This document shows positions 62,034-64,000 of a stretch of 64,000 nucleotides of DNA, one piece after another. The notes below the pieces were generated by a model. The model was not told the origin of the DNA and did no database searches. It saw only the letters and a list, made by a program, of their open reading frames with translations. Positions within the stretch are counted from its first letter, which is position 1; every line of letters starts with the position of its first letter. A program made the position numbers and the translations under genes. This DNA is from an uncultured delta proteobacterium. GTDB lineage: Bacteria; Desulfobacterota; Binatia; Binatales; Binataceae. The stretch spans positions 960,001 through 1,024,000 of the forward strand of contig CAVRVY010000004.1 in NCBI GenBank assembly GCA_963724765.1, written 5' to 3'.

Positions 62034-63299
62034 CTACTTCCCGCTAAGCTCGACCGCGGGCCTGAAGGCCAGCGTGGTGTTGGTGCCGCCGAACCCGAAC
62101 GAATTGTTCAGCGCGAGGCGAATTTTCGCGGGCCGCGGCCGGTTGGGCACGTAATCGAGGTCGCATTCCGGGTCGGGATGCTCGTAGTTGATCGTCGGCG
62201 GCACCATCCCACGTTCGATCGCGAGCACCGTGTAGACCGACTCGATCGCGCCGGCCGCGCCCAGCGTATGGCCGGTCATCGACTTGGTCGAGCTCACTGC
62301 GATCTTGGCCGCGCGTTCGCCGAAGACATGCTTGATCGCCTGGGTCTCGGCGGCGTCGCCCTGCGGCGTGGAGGTCCCATGCGCATTGATATAGTCAACC
62401 TGGTTGGGATCGAGTTCGCCGTCCTGCAGGCACAGCATCATGCAGCGTCCGGCGCCCTGCCCCTCCGGCGAGGGCGAGGTCATGTGATAGGCGTCGCCGT
62501 TGGCAGCGTAGCCGGCGACCTCGGCCAGGATGTTGGCGCCGCGCTGAATTGCCGCCTCGCGTTCCTCCAGGATGAGCGCCGCGGCGCCCTCGGACATCAC
62601 GAAGCCGTCGCGCTCGGCGTCGAAGGGACGGCTTGCAGCCTCCGGCGCGTCGTTGCGTGTCGATAGCGCGCGCATCGCAATGAAGCCGCCGATGCCGAGC
62701 GAGGTCAGCGCCGCTTCCGCGCCACCGGTGATCGCGGCGTCGATATAGCCGTCGCGGATCATCCGGTAGGCTTCGCCCACCGCGTGGCTACCCGACGCGC
62801 AGGCGCTGGTAGTGGCCAGGTTGATGCCGCGCGCGCCATAGCGGATCGCAATCTGCCCCGGCGCCAGGTTGCTGATCAGCTTGGGGATAAAAAAGGGCGT
62901 GATTCTTTTGAGCCGGGTATCGAGAAACAGCAGGTGGTTTTCCTCGATCGTCAGGAGGCCGCCGATTCCAACTCCGACCAGCACACCGACCCGATCGGCG
63001 TTGCTCTCGTCGATCTTGAGCGCCGACTGGCGCATCGCCTGCTCGGCCGCGCCCACCGCGTACTGGATGAAAAGGTCCATCTTCTTGACGTCCTTCTTCT
63101 CGATCCAGTCATAGGGATCGAAGTCACGCACTTCGCCCGCGATACGGGCGGCGAAGTCGGAAACGTCGAAGCGGGTTATCGGCCCGATTCCCGAGCGCCC
63201 CGCCATCAGGGCTTCCCAGTTCTTCTCGATTCCCGTACCTAGCGGCGTGACCAGGCCCAAGCCGGTTACCACCACACGGCGATCACCGATGCGTCTCAT
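62034..63299 (-). CDS. fabF: 3-oxoacyl-ACP synthase II
   Basis: [39 protein letters not shown]. Confidence 0.97.
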   Translation of the reverse strand: MRRIGDRRVVVTGLGLVTPLGTGIEKNWEALMAGRSGIGPITRFDVSDFAARIAGEVRDFDPYDWIEKKDVKKMDLFIQYAVGAAEQAMRQSALKIDESNADRVGVLVGVGIGGLLTIEENHLLFLDTRLKRITPFFIPKLISNLAPGQIAIRYGARGINLATTSACASGSHAVGEAYRMIRDGYIDAAITGGAEAALTSLGIGGFIAMRALSTRNDAPEAASRPFDAERDGFVMSEGAAALILEEREAAIQRGANILAEVAGYAANGDAYHMTSPSPEGQGAGRCMMLCLQDGELDPNQVDYINAHGTSTPQGDAAETQAIKHVFGERAAKIAVSSTKSMTGHTLGAAGAIESVYTVLAIERGMVPPTINYEHPDPECDLDYVPNRPRPAKIRLALNNSFGFGGTNTTLAFRPAVELSGK

Positions 63300-63529
63300 C
63301 TAAGCCCGATGCTCCTAAAGTGGGTCATTATAACTCCCCATCTTGTATCAGAAGGCGCGTCACTTCTACATCATCCTCCCGCATCATCATCGACAGGCCC
63401 GTTGACCAGGGTTTCCACCACTCCGCAGCGCCTGCGATTCGGCCCGATTTCGCAACCAACCGCCGCCGCATCCCGGCGGCAGCTTCAGATTTCCTTGCAA
63501 CGCGACTCCGATGAGTAAAAAATTGGGCT

Positions 63530-63898
63530 GTGCCCCCCGATGACCTATCGCTCGACCCGTTCCTCAAACTCGCGGACAATTTGGGCGAACTCGAGGTCAC
63601 TATCGGCGCGCGCGCGCGGCCGGCCGTCGCCGAACTCCGCCAGCGCCTGCGCGCGGCGGTCGCCAGCCGCGAGCGTGGCGACCTGCCCGGCTCGCTGGAG
63701 CAACTGGGGAGCGCGATGGAGCGTCTCGCGGCGATCGCGAGCGAACTCGATCCTGTAGAAGGCGCGATGATGCGGATGGTGGCGCAGCGCTTCACCGAGG
63801 CGCTCAAGCTGGGCGACAAGGGCGTCGCCAAGGAGGCCGTCAACCTGATGCGCCACAAGTCCGGCGACCCCAAGGACGAGGACAACTCTAAGTGGTGA
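63530..63898 (+). CDS. hypothetical helical protein
   Basis: 122-aa ORF with GC3-rich codons and amphipathic helices; family not recognised. Confidence 0.65.
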   Translation: MPPDDLSLDPFLKLADNLGELEVTIGARARPAVAELRQRLRAAVASRERGDLPGSLEQLGSAMERLAAIASELDPVEGAMMRMVAQRFTEALKLGDKGVAKEAVNLMRHKSGDPKDEDNSKW

Positions 63899-64000
63899 CT
63901 CGCCGCGCGACGGCGTTTCGCGGGCGACCTGAGTAAAGACGAAAGATAAAACCCTGACGGCCGCCGGCGGTCGTCCTCGACAACAATTGGAGTTAACGTG

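Overview
High-GC bacterial chromosomal window with no recognisable mobile element, prophage or CRISPR array. The gene content (several luciferase-like monooxygenases, a deltaproteobacterial-type isc operon, a sigma54-controlled kdp operon, rplM-rpsI-argC) suggests a deltaproteobacterium-like lineage such as Ca. Binatota; this is inference only. Housekeeping content: kdpFABC with split KdpD, a kinase and a sigma54 activator; argC, rpsI, rplM, tRNA-Asp; iscSUA-hscBA-iscX; pckG; secF; trmI; a class A PBP; fabF-fabH. Accessory content: LLM oxidoreductases, an APH-kinase operon, a lower-GC TadG/TadE cassette, an RND pump and a frameshifted GNAT. Best leads: (1) an unassigned, highly structured ~230 nt intergenic RNA-like element (~37995-38225, - strand) directly behind an uncharacterised HTH-like protein gene; (2) a minimal operon of an aryl-AMP ligase, a Cys-rich small protein and a lone PaaA-like diiron enzyme; (3) two divergent CRP/FNR paralogues with identical RPKVS recognition helices flanking two GTAAC-N4-GTTAC palindromes; (4) small ORFs missed by the ORF track (two kdp peptides and a 56-aa Zn-ribbon protein). 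All product calls come from motif recognition by eye; no database searches were run.
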